From Dicyema japonicum (Eukaryota > Animalia > Dicyemida), in assembly GCA_011109175.1 (NCBI GenBank), contig RDEW01000027.1:734511-798510 (forward strand): a stretch of DNA of 64,000 bases, in the 5' to 3' direction. Under the pieces are notes generated by a model. The model worked only from the letters and a program-made list of their open reading frames with translations, made no database searches and was not told the origin of the DNA. Positions 63,833-64,000 of the stretch are shown here, one piece after another (within the stretch, counting starts at the first letter, position 1; each line of letters begins with the position of its first letter). The position numbers and the translations under genes were made by a program.

Positions 63833-64000
63833 TACTTGGACTTACGGATGTCTCCATCTCCGCGCAAGTCATTTTTGCATCTTCATCAACCCACTGCCTT
63901 ATTAAATTTTTTTCTGATCAACAGTGAAGAATGTTATATGATCCCCGCCACGCTTGCCACATTTGGTCTTTCTATCCTTCATATATGAAGAAACAATTGT

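Noticed and set aside
1-64000. CRISPR arrays, rRNA, tRNA, telomeric repeats, introner-like repeated introns
   Set aside because: No regularly spaced repeats, cloverleaf or rRNA signature seen. The introns inspected share no sequence beyond their ends.

Overview
AT-rich eukaryotic (metazoan-like, ciliated) genomic window using the standard genetic code. It is not prokaryotic, and I found no CRISPR, rRNA or tRNA. About 11 host genes are broken up by extremely short spliceosomal introns (21-32 nt, mostly 22-27 nt): CFAP206, MAEA/GID9, a TUT1/Star-PAP-like nucleotidyltransferase, two orphan genes, a long coiled-coil gene, rabenosyn-5, PTDSS2, a PHD-finger gene, BUD23, and a 13.9-kb DNAH3-like axonemal dynein with about 70 micro-introns. 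This intron size is reminiscent of dicyemid mesozoans (inference only). Intergenic gaps are filled with decayed TEs: CRE-like, R4-like REL-only, RTE-like and Jockey/I-like LINE relics, Tc1, pogo/Tigger, hAT and an integrase fragment. The most interesting signals are four. (1) Splice-site choice looks length-governed: AGs 17-21 nt from the donor are repeatedly bypassed, and GC donors are frequent. (2) Unpaired acceptor-like AGs sit just upstream of most start codons, suggesting SL trans-splicing or operon-like organisation. (3) A 270-nt GC-rich, self-folding candidate ncRNA lies at 37965-38238. (4) RT-less REL units share a fixed 5' boundary and carry cargo. The assembly shows homopolymer indels and two N-joins, so single-base claims need read validation. 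All homology calls are from motif recognition by eye; no searches were run.
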